Shown: positions 11,445 through 21,931 of the stretch, one piece after another
How positions within the stretch are numbered: position 1 is the first letter of the stretch
How the letters are laid out: every line of letters begins with the position of its first letter
Virus record (IMG/VR): IMGVR_UViG_3300020469_000035
Location: 1-64,000 of that record
Origin: an uncultured virus (IMG/VR IMGVR_UViG_3300020469_000035)
Taxonomy: Duplodnaviria; Heunggongvirae; Uroviricota; Caudoviricetes
Length of the DNA stretch: 64,000 bases
Direction: 5' to 3' (one strand)
Translations under genes and position numbers: made by a program
Notes under the pieces: model-generated
Told to the model about the DNA's origin: nothing
Database searches by the model: none
What the model saw: the letters and a program-made list of their open reading frames with translations, nothing else

Positions 11445-14400
11445 TTATACAGTTAAATCGGTTAAAATTAAATCGGTAGGAGCTTCTGGAATATCCATGC
11501 TTGCCTGAGGAGGAATTGGAACTCTTGGTCTTAATACCTTATCCATCTTATCTATAGCCCCAAATTTTGCAGAAACATATTCTAAACCAGTAACCTCAAA
11601 TGTACCATCTCCATTTTCTTTAGTTGACATGGTTTTATATAATTTCGAATCCATGTTTCCGGAGAAACTCTCAATATCATTACTGAGAAAAGAAATTTTA
11701 CCCGAAGTATAAGTATTGTTACCAACAAGATCTGCAGCAGAAGACGAATTTAAAAGTTCAAATTCAAAATCATTAATTTTTAAAAGCTTCCAATAATTAT
11801 TGCCAGAAAGATCTGGGCGGTCAATACCAATAAAACCTTGACTGCTGGTTTGAGTTAGAGCTACCAACTGACCGTCGCTAACTCTAAGATTCTTTTCTCT
11901 AGTGTCGTTCAGCGTTATTCTTATACATTTTTTCTTTTGTGCAGATCTGTCAGCACTAACAGACTCAATTAAAATAACGTCAACTTGAACAAAATTTTCT
12001 TGCTCACTCATCTCTTGCACAAAATTTGGTTGAGCCGGAGAATCAGGAACAGGCTCTTGAGACTCAACCATTCCGGGCGCAAAGACAAATTTATTTCCAG
12101 AAGGAGACACCCCCTTGCTTGTTGCGATAGTTGAATATTCTCCTATTACTAAATTTTCTCCAGAATTTACGGGATTATCGCTATATAAAAAGCCCGTAGT
12201 GGGAGAACCATCCTCGTAAAAAATATACAACCATTGAGACAAATTATTTATATACCACCATCTCCGTATACTAGGGTTTCCAGGTAGATCGCTTTTTTTA
12301 GGAACAAATACCCATTCGCCTATATTTTTAATCCATATCCAAGTTTGATCAGTCTGCGTTTTGTTAATATATATCCACCCCATACTCGGAGAATAACAAT
12401 AATCGCTTTCGTGCATCATAATTGGACCGAGAAAAGAAGAATTAACCCAGTTTCCAAGCCCCAATTCCCCCTCAATACCTAAAGACTGCTTAATTGTTTC
12501 ACTCGGAGCGAAAGGAACAGACCCTCTACCAGCAACCCTTCCCCTCATAGCCCAAGTAGAGCCGATACTTATTTTATCAACGGCGTCAAGAGTCTTTTGT
12601 TGATCTGCAATAATAAAATGATGCCCACCTTCGTTACCAAGCCTATCTTCTCCAGGGTTTCCGATTTCTACTTCAGCCACAGTTGGATTTTGTTGAGTTG
12701 AGACGTTTTTTATTTTAAAAGTATGCTTGGTGGTATCTGAAATTGTATACTTAACTTTTCTCTCAAGTCCCGCAGGAAGAAGCCCCTCTGTTTCGAACTC
12801 TATTATATCGCCGTCTTCAAAATCGTGATTGAATATCTCGAACCTGTTTTCTTTTATGTCTAGCTCAAAAGGAACTTTAAGCTCTAGGCCAGTAGCAACA
12901 ATAGCTTGACCCTGAGGACCTTGAACAAATACCCTTGAGTCAACTTCTAACACACACCTAAACCTTAAAATCTGAGGAGCAAAAACAGAACTAATTTCTG
13001 CATCTTGATCCTCAGAACTTCTTTCAAAAGGAGCTCGAGCCTCGACCTTATCAACGTCAGAGTCAGACATTCCAACGCAAACAGTTATTTCTGGGGTATT
13101 TTTAAATGGCTCTTTAATTAAATTTTTATCTAATAAAAGCCACGGCCTAATACGCTCAACATTATTGTATGTTAATTTTGAGCCTATATCCAAAATTCTT
13201 CCGCTCTTCATCGATCCAGTTCTTGATTCATCAGAAACTTCAAATACAGCCCCAGGAAACAAATAACCCCCCTCTATTCCAGTTTTAAAATTTACAGTTT
13301 CGACTTCTACTTGAGTGGTAAACAGCATCCATTTTGCCAGCCTTCTTGCTTGTGCCTCGGAACTTATACCAAACCCCATAGTTTCTTCTTCCTTATATCC
13401 AAACTTTTGAGCGGCCTCAGGATCTTCTTCTGCAACTAAATCAGCCTTAAAACCATTATCTTTATTATTATACCTAACAAGAGAAGTGGTGATTTTTTGA
13501 TCTTTACTTATCCCCGAATAAGAAAAACCATCAACACTGACGTTTGAATTTGTAAATAGAGCTAATGGATTCTTAAAAGAGTCTTGTGTTGCAGTAATTT
13601 TTCCATTATAATAAGTAGTTATGCCCCTGAAAACAGACGCAAAGTTATTGACAAGGTTTAAGGCGTTCATTTTATCGGTAACATATGCATTGGCCGTAAA
13701 CCTAGGTTCAACTACGCTATGGTTTATTTGAGCAGCGCAGGACCCAACAACTTGACTGTTAAACTCCGCCTCTAAAGGGCCTCCACTTATTACGATTGTT
13801 TTTGTAGAAGGGTCAGAATGCACTATAGCTCTTTCCTCAAGAATAACCTCTTCTTTTCTAAAAGTTGCTCTCTCAATTTTAACATCTAAATTTCCCGAGG
13901 AGTTTGCATCTATAAAAATTGCCATTTTTTTCCCCCTAAAGGATATATTTTTACCAAACTCTTCCTCAAATAGGCTTGACCCGATACCGTCAGAGCTAAG
14001 AGTCCAATTTACCGAAGTAGGATTTCCCCTATCTAAAGGAACGTATTGACTATTTGTTAGAACCAGAGATATATTTCCATCCCCATCAACCTTATTGTCT
14101 GTAGTAAAAGACCTAGGAACTCCGTCTTGAGTTTCTATAGGATATCCAGTTTCTACAAGTTCATCACAGTATTTAGATATTTTATATAGCTGCCATTTAT
14201 CGATATTTTCTTCGCTCATCCCAAATTTAGATAACCCAAATCTCGCATTACTCAAAAGATCATAATAAACCCAAGCAGGATTATCTGTCCACACTTTCTC
14301 CGAGTCGGGTATGGAATGAACAGACATAGTTGAGTCAATTTGGCCTCTAAAAAGCCCATTCCAAGGCCCATCACATTTTCTTGTATGAGGATTATAATTA

Positions 14401-15974
14401 CTAGGAACCAAAACCCGTTTCATTTTACATAAATATGACCTGCTTGGCACATCGCTAAAATTTTTACTATCAAATCTTATTTTTGCTACGGCACTATGAG
14501 GGTAAAGAAGATCCTCTACAACATAATCCGTAGCGGCGCCTATTCGAAGCTCTCTTCTTGTAGAAAGACCTCCAAGATTGCCCCCTTTTGTACTGGGATC
14601 TAGTTCGTTTGTGAGCTTGACTATTTTAAACGTCACTCCCTTTGAGCTAGCTTTGGGTTTTTTGAAATCAATAACGACATCAAAAGAATAATCGTCGCTG
14701 CATAAACCTCTTACCACAAAAGCGCCACTACCTATTCTCATTAGGCCGAATCCATCGCTTGACTCAGGAGGAATAGCTTGATTCATACTCGTTTCATTTT
14801 TTGTTACCGTACAGCCAGACTTACTATCTAGCACATTATATTCTTTGTTGTCCCTAAGAACATGAATAGCGAACCTCACTTCTTGGTGATGAGTATTCCC
14901 CTTGTCATCTTGATAAGTAAGTTTTGAAGCTAAAGATAATCTGGTTCTAGTTACATCTGGGTTTATAACGCAGTGAGTTATAATTTTCGCATTATTCCTA
15001 ACTGCAGAACTAAAACTTGTTCTATGAGATGCCTTGTCGGGGTTATCGACATATGGCCCTGCCCCAAAAATAAGACTCCCATAGTCTATACCCATTCCAG
15101 TTTGAGAACACAATATTTTACCAGAATCCTCTTCTCCTAATTGAGCTTCGGGAAGGTCTCCTTCTTCATTTAGTACATAATTTAAAGACCCATCTCTTTC
15201 TCCAGAACTGTTTACCGATGAAGGAGGGTTTTTTATGGGTACGTTATTTAAATATATTGCTTCTCTTAAATCTCCGTCTGAGAAAAGACTTTCTCCGTTC
15301 TGGGAAACCAAACCCTCTATAGGCCCTTCGCACAACAGCTCTAAGTATTCTATAGAAGAATAGGACTCTAAAATTTTATTAGAGTTATTATTATTTTTCT
15401 GCTTTAATCTGCGCACAATTCTATCCTTAGAGATATTAGTGGATCCAATTTTTAAAGTTCCATATCCTAAAGGCACAGCAACCCCTTGAGATGTTCTGTT
15501 TGCGGATCCTCGCATCAAGAAAGATTTAGTGGTAGTTGGCTCTCCTCTTTTTGGGGGCTTAAATAATGCGTTCATTATAGCCCCAACTACAAAACTTACT
15601 GCAAGAGCTACAACTATTTTTCCGAATAAAGTTAACCCTCCACTGACTACGCCCCCAACAAACATCGCGGGTACAAAAACTACACCACCTTGAGGCGCAG
15701 CGAGTATGTGAATTTCTTTGCTCGACTGATGAACAGTTACTTGCTCAGGCAAAATCTGCGCTGACTCAAAGTCCCTTTTGGTTTTTAATGAAAGTGGGTT
15801 TTTATTTAAAACGCAGTAATCCACCCCCTTTTTCTGACTATTTATTAAGTAACTAAGAAACCCCTCAGAATTAGCTTCTATTGCAGCGAAGGCTTCAGAT
15901 GTGGAGCCTACAGACAGATTCCACTTCTTACCAAAACGCTTGCCAAGCTTACCATATAAATATACTGTTTTCAC
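11445..15974 (-). CDS. Tail tip protein: lambda gpI-like domain fused to gpJ-like N-terminal/central region
   Basis: MKTVYLYGKLGKRFG and QGVAVPLGYG (gpI-like); LLCEGPIEGL, YPHSA, VPSNYNP, WTDNPAW..YDLL..RFG, IDKWQLY.I..YCDELV, EPRF (gpJ-like). Confidence 0.85.
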   Translation of the reverse strand: MKTVYLYGKLGKRFGKKWNLSVGSTSEAFAAIEANSEGFLSYLINSQKKGVDYCVLNKNPLSLKTKRDFESAQILPEQVTVHQSSKEIHILAAPQGGVVFVPAMFVGGVVSGGLTLFGKIVVALAVSFVVGAIMNALFKPPKRGEPTTTKSFLMRGSANRTSQGVAVPLGYGTLKIGSTNISKDRIVRRLKQKNNNNSNKILESYSSIEYLELLCEGPIEGLVSQNGESLFSDGDLREAIYLNNVPIKNPPSSVNSSGERDGSLNYVLNEEGDLPEAQLGEEDSGKILCSQTGMGIDYGSLIFGAGPYVDNPDKASHRTSFSSAVRNNAKIITHCVINPDVTRTRLSLASKLTYQDDKGNTHHQEVRFAIHVLRDNKEYNVLDSKSGCTVTKNETSMNQAIPPESSDGFGLMRIGSGAFVVRGLCSDDYSFDVVIDFKKPKASSKGVTFKIVKLTNELDPSTKGGNLGGLSTRRELRIGAATDYVVEDLLYPHSAVAKIRFDSKNFSDVPSRSYLCKMKRVLVPSNYNPHTRKCDGPWNGLFRGQIDSTMSVHSIPDSEKVWTDNPAWVYYDLLSNARFGLSKFGMSEENIDKWQLYKISKYCDELVETGYPIETQDGVPRSFTTDNKVDGDGNISLVLTNSQYVPLDRGNPTSVNWTLSSDGIGSSLFEEEFGKNISFRGKKMAIFIDANSSGNLDVKIERATFRKEEVILEERAIVHSDPSTKTIVISGGPLEAEFNSQVVGSCAAQINHSVVEPRFTANAYVTDKMNALNLVNNFASVFRGITTYYNGKITATQDSFKNPLALFTNSNVSVDGFSYSGISKDQKITTSLVRYNNKDNGFKADLVAEEDPEAAQKFGYKEEETMGFGISSEAQARRLAKWMLFTTQVEVETVNFKTGIEGGYLFPGAVFEVSDESRTGSMKSGRILDIGSKLTYNNVERIRPWLLLDKNLIKEPFKNTPEITVCVGMSDSDVDKVEARAPFERSSEDQDAEISSVFAPQILRFRCVLEVDSRVFVQGPQGQAIVATGLELKVPFELDIKENRFEIFNHDFEDGDIIEFETEGLLPAGLERKVKYTISDTTKHTFKIKNVSTQQNPTVAEVEIGNPGEDRLGNEGGHHFIIADQQKTLDAVDKISIGSTWAMRGRVAGRGSVPFAPSETIKQSLGIEGELGLGNWVNSSFLGPIMMHESDYCYSPSMGWIYINKTQTDQTWIWIKNIGEWVFVPKKSDLPGNPSIRRWWYINNLSQWLYIFYEDGSPTTGFLYSDNPVNSGENLVIGEYSTIATSKGVSPSGNKFVFAPGMVESQEPVPDSPAQPNFVQEMSEQENFVQVDVILIESVSADRSAQKKKCIRITLNDTREKNLRVSDGQLVALTQTSSQGFIGIDRPDLSGNNYWKLLKINDFEFELLNSSSAADLVGNNTYTSGKISFLSNDIESFSGNMDSKLYKTMSTKENGDGTFEVTGLEYVSAKFGAIDKMDKVLRPRVPIPPQASMDIPEAPTDLILTDLTV

Positions 15975-15994
15975 TATACCTTATTCCTGCTTAC

Positions 15995-16429
15995 TTATAC
16001 ACTTATATTATCATATACAAAAAAACTATCTCTATCCAAACTATAAATAATAAAAGGAATGTACAGTTCTTCACAAACAAGCCTATCTAGTTTAGAAGGA
16101 TAAGGCGCATGACTTCCTACATGAGAGTGATAAATATACCGAACATCATTATCTATTAAAAACTTTACATCCATATTAAAATGATAAGGAGAATGAAGGC
16201 TTTTATTTTCACAAGCAATAAAAAACAATTCATTTTCTTTTGAACAAAATACCCCGCAAGTTTCCTGCTCAGGCCTTGAAATAGAATATTCTCTTGCTCT
16301 TGCAAGTTCGTTTTCAGAAATAGGGCAAAAGCTACTATTCGGGCTGATATTTATCTGTTCCAGGAAAACCTCCGAATCTAAGACCCTGTTTACTAGAAAT
16401 TTTATGAAGATTAAAACTTGATATATCAA
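15995..16429 (-). CDS. Tail assembly protein K-like, JAB/MPN domain only (start uncertain)
   Basis: ETCG...CEN...F...YHSH...PS.LD JAMM motif; lies between L and I/J. Confidence 0.75.
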   Translation of the reverse strand: MIYQVLIFIKFLVNRVLDSEVFLEQINISPNSSFCPISENELARAREYSISRPEQETCGVFCSKENELFFIACENKSLHSPYHFNMDVKFLIDNDVRYIYHSHVGSHAPYPSKLDRLVCEELYIPFIIYSLDRDSFFVYDNISV

Positions 16430-17654
16430 CGTCTATCATGGGTGGAGAGACAGACCTTTGACCAGATGTATATTCCATTTTTCCATAAGTTTCCCAGTGG
16501 ACCTCTCCCCAGTCAGCTTTATTAGAATACGTTCTTGCGTCAGACGGAGGGCCCGTTGGATTTCCGGCATTAAACGCGTTCAAAAGATCAGAGTTATTAT
16601 CTACGTACGCAGCAAAATCTCTTCTTGTATCGCTAACTTCAGGGTTTGAGAATCTTTTCTTGCAAGCATCAAGAGTTTTATTGCATTCGTCTTTTGACCA
16701 AAATCCCCTGTCAAAAAAAGGATGATGATCTTTCGCAAAAACATGTTTTTTAATGCAGGCATAAACAGAGGGAGTTGACTGATAAGGATTCGTTGCATTA
16801 TTAGGAGTTATCTTAACTACATCGCCCAAATCATATCCCTTTAAATCTGACTCGCTTCCGTCTACCCCAAGTCTGGTCCACTCGGGGATGTCCTCAATTC
16901 CCCTGGGATAGCTGTCTGGATTAACGCTGCCTGGATCTCTCGAAAATGCAGATGGATCATTAGTTTCGTGAAAGTTTGATATTAAAGATTTGCCGGAAGA
17001 ATTTTCGATAGGCAGACCCTTATAACCACACCCAATAGAACACCTATATACCCAATTACAATAATTTGGCATAACTATTCTAGCAGGAATTTCTGCCCCC
17101 TGCAGCTCTAAAGCGGAGACCAACTCAAATTGAATTACCTGGCTATTTTCTGTAATTTTTTTGTTTATAAAATAAACGTCATCAGGATAATGAGAATCTG
17201 GATCGGCCTCCCCAAAAGGGTTTTTTCCCGCCTCGTTGGAGGTTCCAGGATCAATAAAGTTGTCGTCATCAAGAAATCTCATAAAAGTTCTTTTTCTTGT
17301 TATTTTAGCGTTAGAAAAGTCGTGATTAGAGTGAACTATTTTCGAAAATAGCCCGTCAGGGTTCGCAAGAGTTAATCTTGGCCTTGGAAGTCTTCCGTCT
17401 CCTTGTTGCTCAAATCCTTCTGCCTCTATAGGCATAGGCTGATATCCGTTTCCCTGCCAATATATAGGGTTTGAAGAATTTTTCATAGCACAAAATCTGT
17501 AAACAGAATCGGCCCCTATATTTGCGCCAACAATATCAGCAAGCATACTAAAATCGGCCTGAATATTACTAAAGTCTATCTCGAATAACTCTATCATAGC
17601 ATCAGGAGATAAGCTGAGAAGAAGTTTGTTAAAGCTGGATCTTGATTTTGACAT
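16335..17654 (-). CDS. Minor tail protein L-like
   Basis: IELFEID, WQGNGY.P.PI...GF...GDG.LPRP.L, FEL.S.L, C.W.YR...CGY, C.K....CK.RF, FGGFPG. Confidence 0.88.
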   Translation of the reverse strand: MSKSRSSFNKLLLSLSPDAMIELFEIDFSNIQADFSMLADIVGANIGADSVYRFCAMKNSSNPIYWQGNGYQPMPIEAEGFEQQGDGRLPRPRLTLANPDGLFSKIVHSNHDFSNAKITRKRTFMRFLDDDNFIDPGTSNEAGKNPFGEADPDSHYPDDVYFINKKITENSQVIQFELVSALELQGAEIPARIVMPNYCNWVYRCSIGCGYKGLPIENSSGKSLISNFHETNDPSAFSRDPGSVNPDSYPRGIEDIPEWTRLGVDGSESDLKGYDLGDVVKITPNNATNPYQSTPSVYACIKKHVFAKDHHPFFDRGFWSKDECNKTLDACKKRFSNPEVSDTRRDFAAYVDNNSDLLNAFNAGNPTGPPSDARTYSNKADWGEVHWETYGKMEYTSGQRSVSPPMIDVDISSFNLHKISSKQGLRFGGFPGTDKYQPE

Positions 17655-17665
17655 GATATTCTATT

Positions 17666-20113
17666 TTATGACGAAACGAAACATTTTAGCTTTCCAACTT
17701 GAGGAGAATATGCTGTAGTACTATCTATCTCTAGGTTTATCTCAATATATGATCCCGCCCCAAGAAGAACTATGTCTTCATCAACCTCGGTATCTACACC
17801 CAAGTCTGAATTTAAATCAGAAGCAGAAGGAGCGGTGAACACTATATCTATATATCCACTCTCTCCTCCAGGAATTTCAGTAACAGCATTTTGTTTAAAA
17901 AATTCTTTAACAACATACCCCGCTGCAGGCACATAATTACCAGGGTCACCATGGTTAATTTTGTCTTTTATTTCTCCAAGATTATTCTGAAAAAGACTAA
18001 CGACGATACCATCTTCTAGAGTGGGTTGAAAATTTCCATTTCCATCTATAGTGCCTACTGTAAAAATTTGCCCACCATCTTTTGTTCCTTTAGAATATGA
18101 CTTAGACAGCTTCATTGCAACATTGCCTCCTCGAACAAAAGAATCTCCTGTAAAAATATAACCCTCTCTTTCCAAGCTATCAAGAACCACAGGAATGCCA
18201 TTATTGCTAGAGTCTGCCCCAATTATTTGAGCAAGACCAGCGTTAGATAAAGTCGCAGAGTTTATAGTTACAGGTAAATCCCCTATATTTCTTAATTTAA
18301 GTCTGGCCTTTAACTTCTGACCAGGCTTAACTCGATCTACATTACTATCTGTTGCGAAAACTAACGGAGACTCAAACACCAATTCTCCTTCTGACATTTC
18401 TGCGGGAGTAATTAACCCGTCATATTTTTCGGCCTTTAAATTAAACGGAAACTGGCTAAACTTTGCAGAAATATCATGATTATTTTTATAGTTGTAGGTA
18501 TGAGACCACGCCTCGCATATAAAATTTTGAAATCTATTGTACGGCGCAGGAGGAATAAACCCAAAAGGAAGATATCCGAGTTTTTGCTCTAAAAAATGAA
18601 GTATCGCCCGAGCCTCATGGTCACTTCTGTTTTTAAAATTTAAATTTAATTCCAAAAGGCTTTCATTTATTCCGTCATTATATATTTGGCTGTAACCATT
18701 TTTTAGTCCAGCTATTTTCATTCTAGGTTTTTGAGAAACAGTTAATCCTAACGAAGGCTTCCAGAAAAAGTCTCTAGTCCAACTCGAGCTGTGGACTTGC
18801 CGAGTTTCGTATTGGCCATAGGCTAGATAATGAGCTTCGCCCCAGTTCTGCTTCGCAGGATAAGAAACCCCGTTTAATGTTGAGTTGACAGCAAAGTGTT
18901 CGGCCAAGTCTGGATGATCATCTACGTATCGTGCATAATCTATACCCTTAACATCATAGTATTGACCTCCTTCTCTTGTCCAACTTGAGTTTTGTCCAGC
19001 AGGAGCCGTATTACCAGGAGAATCTCCTTCCCAATAGTAATATTGCATGTTTCCAGTATAAAGAGCGAAATCATTTTTTTCATAAGTAGTAGAAGAATCA
19101 TACTCCTCTCCGCCGCCGACCATCCAACCCCCTTGCACAGTTTTTCTCAGCAAAGACGAGTCTAAATTTCTTAAAGTGAGATCAATGTTATTGCTATTCT
19201 CAAAAGCTAAGTTATGACTAAATTCAGTGCAATAAAAAGTCTTGCTTTGATTTTCTACAGTATCATAAGGGTGAAAGGAAGACTCTCCATCCCAATGAAA
19301 ACCAGAAATTCCTTGTGTATAAGCAAGATTTGGAGAAGTTTTGTCTTTCTCCAATTGTCCAAGATGATTTTCAACAAAATGAATTATAGCATTTGATTCT
19401 CGGTTACTTCTGTTTTTAAATTTCATATCGACAGACATCAGCAGAGAGTTTACGCTAGAAGGGGTTACTATTTTATAGCCATTTCCCATTTCAACTTCTT
19501 TGTTTGACGACTTAAAGTTTACTGTTGACCCGTAGTCAGGGTCAAAGAAAAACCGATCCCTGACCCATAGATCATTATTAACCGAAGGGTCTGCGTCTAG
19601 AGTTGTAATTGTTATAGTGTTTGAAGATTTTGCCTCGAATGAATCGAATGAATACTGATCAGATACGGGGGCAACAGTGATATATGCTCCAGTGATCTCT
19701 ATTGGTTGTTGTCCCTTAAAATCTATAATTGGAGAAGTATGGACTATATCTTTGGATACGCGAAATATACTATATCTTCCATCACTATCACTCGATCCAT
19801 CGAGATCTATTATATTTCCTTTCTCAAAAGTTGCGCCAATGTCATCGGGCCTATTCAAGGAATCTACTATAAAGAATCCCCCCTGCCTTGTCGGACACAA
19901 GTGGTATCTGTTCGCAGCAGAGACAGAAACCCCTGCGCCAAGAGCCATATCTTCTTTGGCGTAATAATATAATCCGTCTCCAGTATTATAAACAAAATCA
20001 AATTTTTTGTAACTAAGCTCAGGATTGAAAATTCCGCTGTAATTTCTAACATGAGACTGCCTACCAAGAAGAACGTCTTGCTTCAACAAATTATCTATAA
20101 TTGAACCAAACAT
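17666..20113 (-). CDS. Minor tail protein M-like (distal tail) with two tandem M domains and C-terminal extension
   Basis: Two copies of F..P......K......GNGY.......N..L....F.NR...E..AI.HF.E..LG. Confidence 0.7.
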   Translation of the reverse strand: MFGSIIDNLLKQDVLLGRQSHVRNYSGIFNPELSYKKFDFVYNTGDGLYYYAKEDMALGAGVSVSAANRYHLCPTRQGGFFIVDSLNRPDDIGATFEKGNIIDLDGSSDSDGRYSIFRVSKDIVHTSPIIDFKGQQPIEITGAYITVAPVSDQYSFDSFEAKSSNTITITTLDADPSVNNDLWVRDRFFFDPDYGSTVNFKSSNKEVEMGNGYKIVTPSSVNSLLMSVDMKFKNRSNRESNAIIHFVENHLGQLEKDKTSPNLAYTQGISGFHWDGESSFHPYDTVENQSKTFYCTEFSHNLAFENSNNIDLTLRNLDSSLLRKTVQGGWMVGGGEEYDSSTTYEKNDFALYTGNMQYYYWEGDSPGNTAPAGQNSSWTREGGQYYDVKGIDYARYVDDHPDLAEHFAVNSTLNGVSYPAKQNWGEAHYLAYGQYETRQVHSSSWTRDFFWKPSLGLTVSQKPRMKIAGLKNGYSQIYNDGINESLLELNLNFKNRSDHEARAILHFLEQKLGYLPFGFIPPAPYNRFQNFICEAWSHTYNYKNNHDISAKFSQFPFNLKAEKYDGLITPAEMSEGELVFESPLVFATDSNVDRVKPGQKLKARLKLRNIGDLPVTINSATLSNAGLAQIIGADSSNNGIPVVLDSLEREGYIFTGDSFVRGGNVAMKLSKSYSKGTKDGGQIFTVGTIDGNGNFQPTLEDGIVVSLFQNNLGEIKDKINHGDPGNYVPAAGYVVKEFFKQNAVTEIPGGESGYIDIVFTAPSASDLNSDLGVDTEVDEDIVLLGAGSYIEINLEIDSTTAYSPQVGKLKCFVSS

Positions 20114-20114
20114 A

Positions 20115-21041
20115 TTATTTAATTATTTGTTTTACGGTTAACTTACCTTTTGCATAATTTCCCTCTGAGATATCAACAGATTGCTCTGTAATTTTACCCT
20201 CACAACCAAAACTTGCTATTCTTTTTCCGCTCATTGTATACAAAAAAGCAAATACTGAAGAATTCCTATCTGCTTCAGATGCCCTTCCTGATCCAGCCTG
20301 AAATTCTCCGTAAGGGTTTAATTTTTGCACTATATCATTACCTTCAAGAGACATTGTGGCCTCTATATTTTCTACAGATACACGGTGGGGTACAATTCCG
20401 TTCGAACCAGTAGCAACCCTGGTATGCTCTCCGTCTCTTATGTGATAATGAAGCTTCCTTCCCACTCTTATACTATAATCAAGCTGAGAAACTTCAAACT
20501 GCCTTCCATTAGCGGTCTGCATAGAAGTATTACTTGCTTCTATTTTTCCAAAAGATTTTAATCCATGGGCAGGATCAATGCTTGTTTTTTGAAACCTTCT
20601 ATCTATAGCTTTATATATTGAACCATATATGTCATAACTTGCGCTAGCTTGTATTATTCTGTATGGAGCCAAACTAAAACTAAAACTATTTAAATACATA
20701 TTATCAAAAAAATATCTGCCAACTATATTACCATGTATAGCCTCTTCGCTCATACCATTTCTTATATCAAATAAAACATTAATATCATTTGCCAAATTAT
20801 TATCAACATCAAATGTTTCATCTATAATCATAAATTTAATTTCTAATTTTCCAGCCAAGCCTCCCTTGGGAGCAAAGTCTATAAACTCGGCAGTTGATCC
20901 TACTATGCTTGGAGAATAATCTCCGTATACTCTTTCTGGCTCTAAACCAGGAGATATAGAAAGGCTCGCAGATGTAACCATCAAATCCTTGTTTCCAAGA
21001 GATATCTTTCCATCTTCAAATCTTAAAAACGGCTTGCTCAT
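20115..21041 (-). CDS. Tail-tube-fold paralogue (tail tip associated)
   Basis: Weak similarity to 21038 and 33387 products (YLNSFSFS..P...I.A..SY..YG); position next to the M-like gene. Confidence 0.4.
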   Translation of the reverse strand: MSKPFLRFEDGKISLGNKDLMVTSASLSISPGLEPERVYGDYSPSIVGSTAEFIDFAPKGGLAGKLEIKFMIIDETFDVDNNLANDINVLFDIRNGMSEEAIHGNIVGRYFFDNMYLNSFSFSLAPYRIIQASASYDIYGSIYKAIDRRFQKTSIDPAHGLKSFGKIEASNTSMQTANGRQFEVSQLDYSIRVGRKLHYHIRDGEHTRVATGSNGIVPHRVSVENIEATMSLEGNDIVQKLNPYGEFQAGSGRASEADRNSSVFAFLYTMSGKRIASFGCEGKITEQSVDISEGNYAKGKLTVKQIIK

Positions 21042-21931
21042 GATACAGGGTTGTGAAGAGGATCGTACCCCTTGTATGTTAACGATACAGACATCTCACC
21101 GTCTATAGAAGAGCTTAGTGACTCGGATATCAATCTTACGTTTTGACCAGTAAAAGCGTTGATCATTTCATTGGTTTTAGAATCGCGCATTTCTATTTTT
21201 ACATTTGTTTTTGGAGCAGATTGTATTCGGTTTTTAATTTCCCTTATTTGATATTGGTCTACAATCATTGTAAAGTTCATGTCTGTTTCAATTGGATATT
21301 GAGTATCAACTTGAACTGGCGACAAATTTTTCATATCAAAATCGGTGGGAAGATCTTCTTGAAAATCAGAAATCTCTCCTTGGTGAATTGCATATACAGG
21401 TCTTAAATTTATTGCCCGACTATAACTAAAATCGGTTACTGCATCGGTGCTAAAATCATCTACCGAAATAGAGACTGTAGATTGATCAGGAAATTGCATT
21501 GGAGGATGTTCAAGCAAAGGAGATCCAAGATGCGGCATTACCCCGCTACCAAATTCTCCGTATACAGTTATATCAGCATCTATTGTCGGAAGTTGCCCAA
21601 CGGTACAGCTAATAGAGTATCGGTTTACTCTTGCCTTTGTGAATCCAAAACCCTTGGTTTCGTTGTCGTATAAAATTGCTCCACTGATTTCTTGTTCATC
21701 ATATAAATATGTACCCGCAGGACTCAACTTTAACAGAGGATCTCTTCCTACCATTTGTCGAGATATTTTAAAATTACCTTCTAGGGGTGCGTCTGGAAAT
21801 GCGTCAATAAAACCTACGCCAGCAACACGCACTGGATTTTCAGTTATTCCATAACTACCTTCCACACTTTGCACCCCTGATAATGCAACCGATTCAAGAA
21901 TAACGGTTTGCTCGTAATTAGAGTAGCTCAT
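21038..21931 (-). CDS. Tail-tube-fold paralogue
   Basis: LSGVQSV, VNRYSISCTVGQLPT, YPIE, LISESLSSSIDG align with 33387..34826. Confidence 0.55.
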   Translation of the reverse strand: MSYSNYEQTVILESVALSGVQSVEGSYGITENPVRVAGVGFIDAFPDAPLEGNFKISRQMVGRDPLLKLSPAGTYLYDEQEISGAILYDNETKGFGFTKARVNRYSISCTVGQLPTIDADITVYGEFGSGVMPHLGSPLLEHPPMQFPDQSTVSISVDDFSTDAVTDFSYSRAINLRPVYAIHQGEISDFQEDLPTDFDMKNLSPVQVDTQYPIETDMNFTMIVDQYQIREIKNRIQSAPKTNVKIEMRDSKTNEMINAFTGQNVRLISESLSSSIDGEMSVSLTYKGYDPLHNPVS

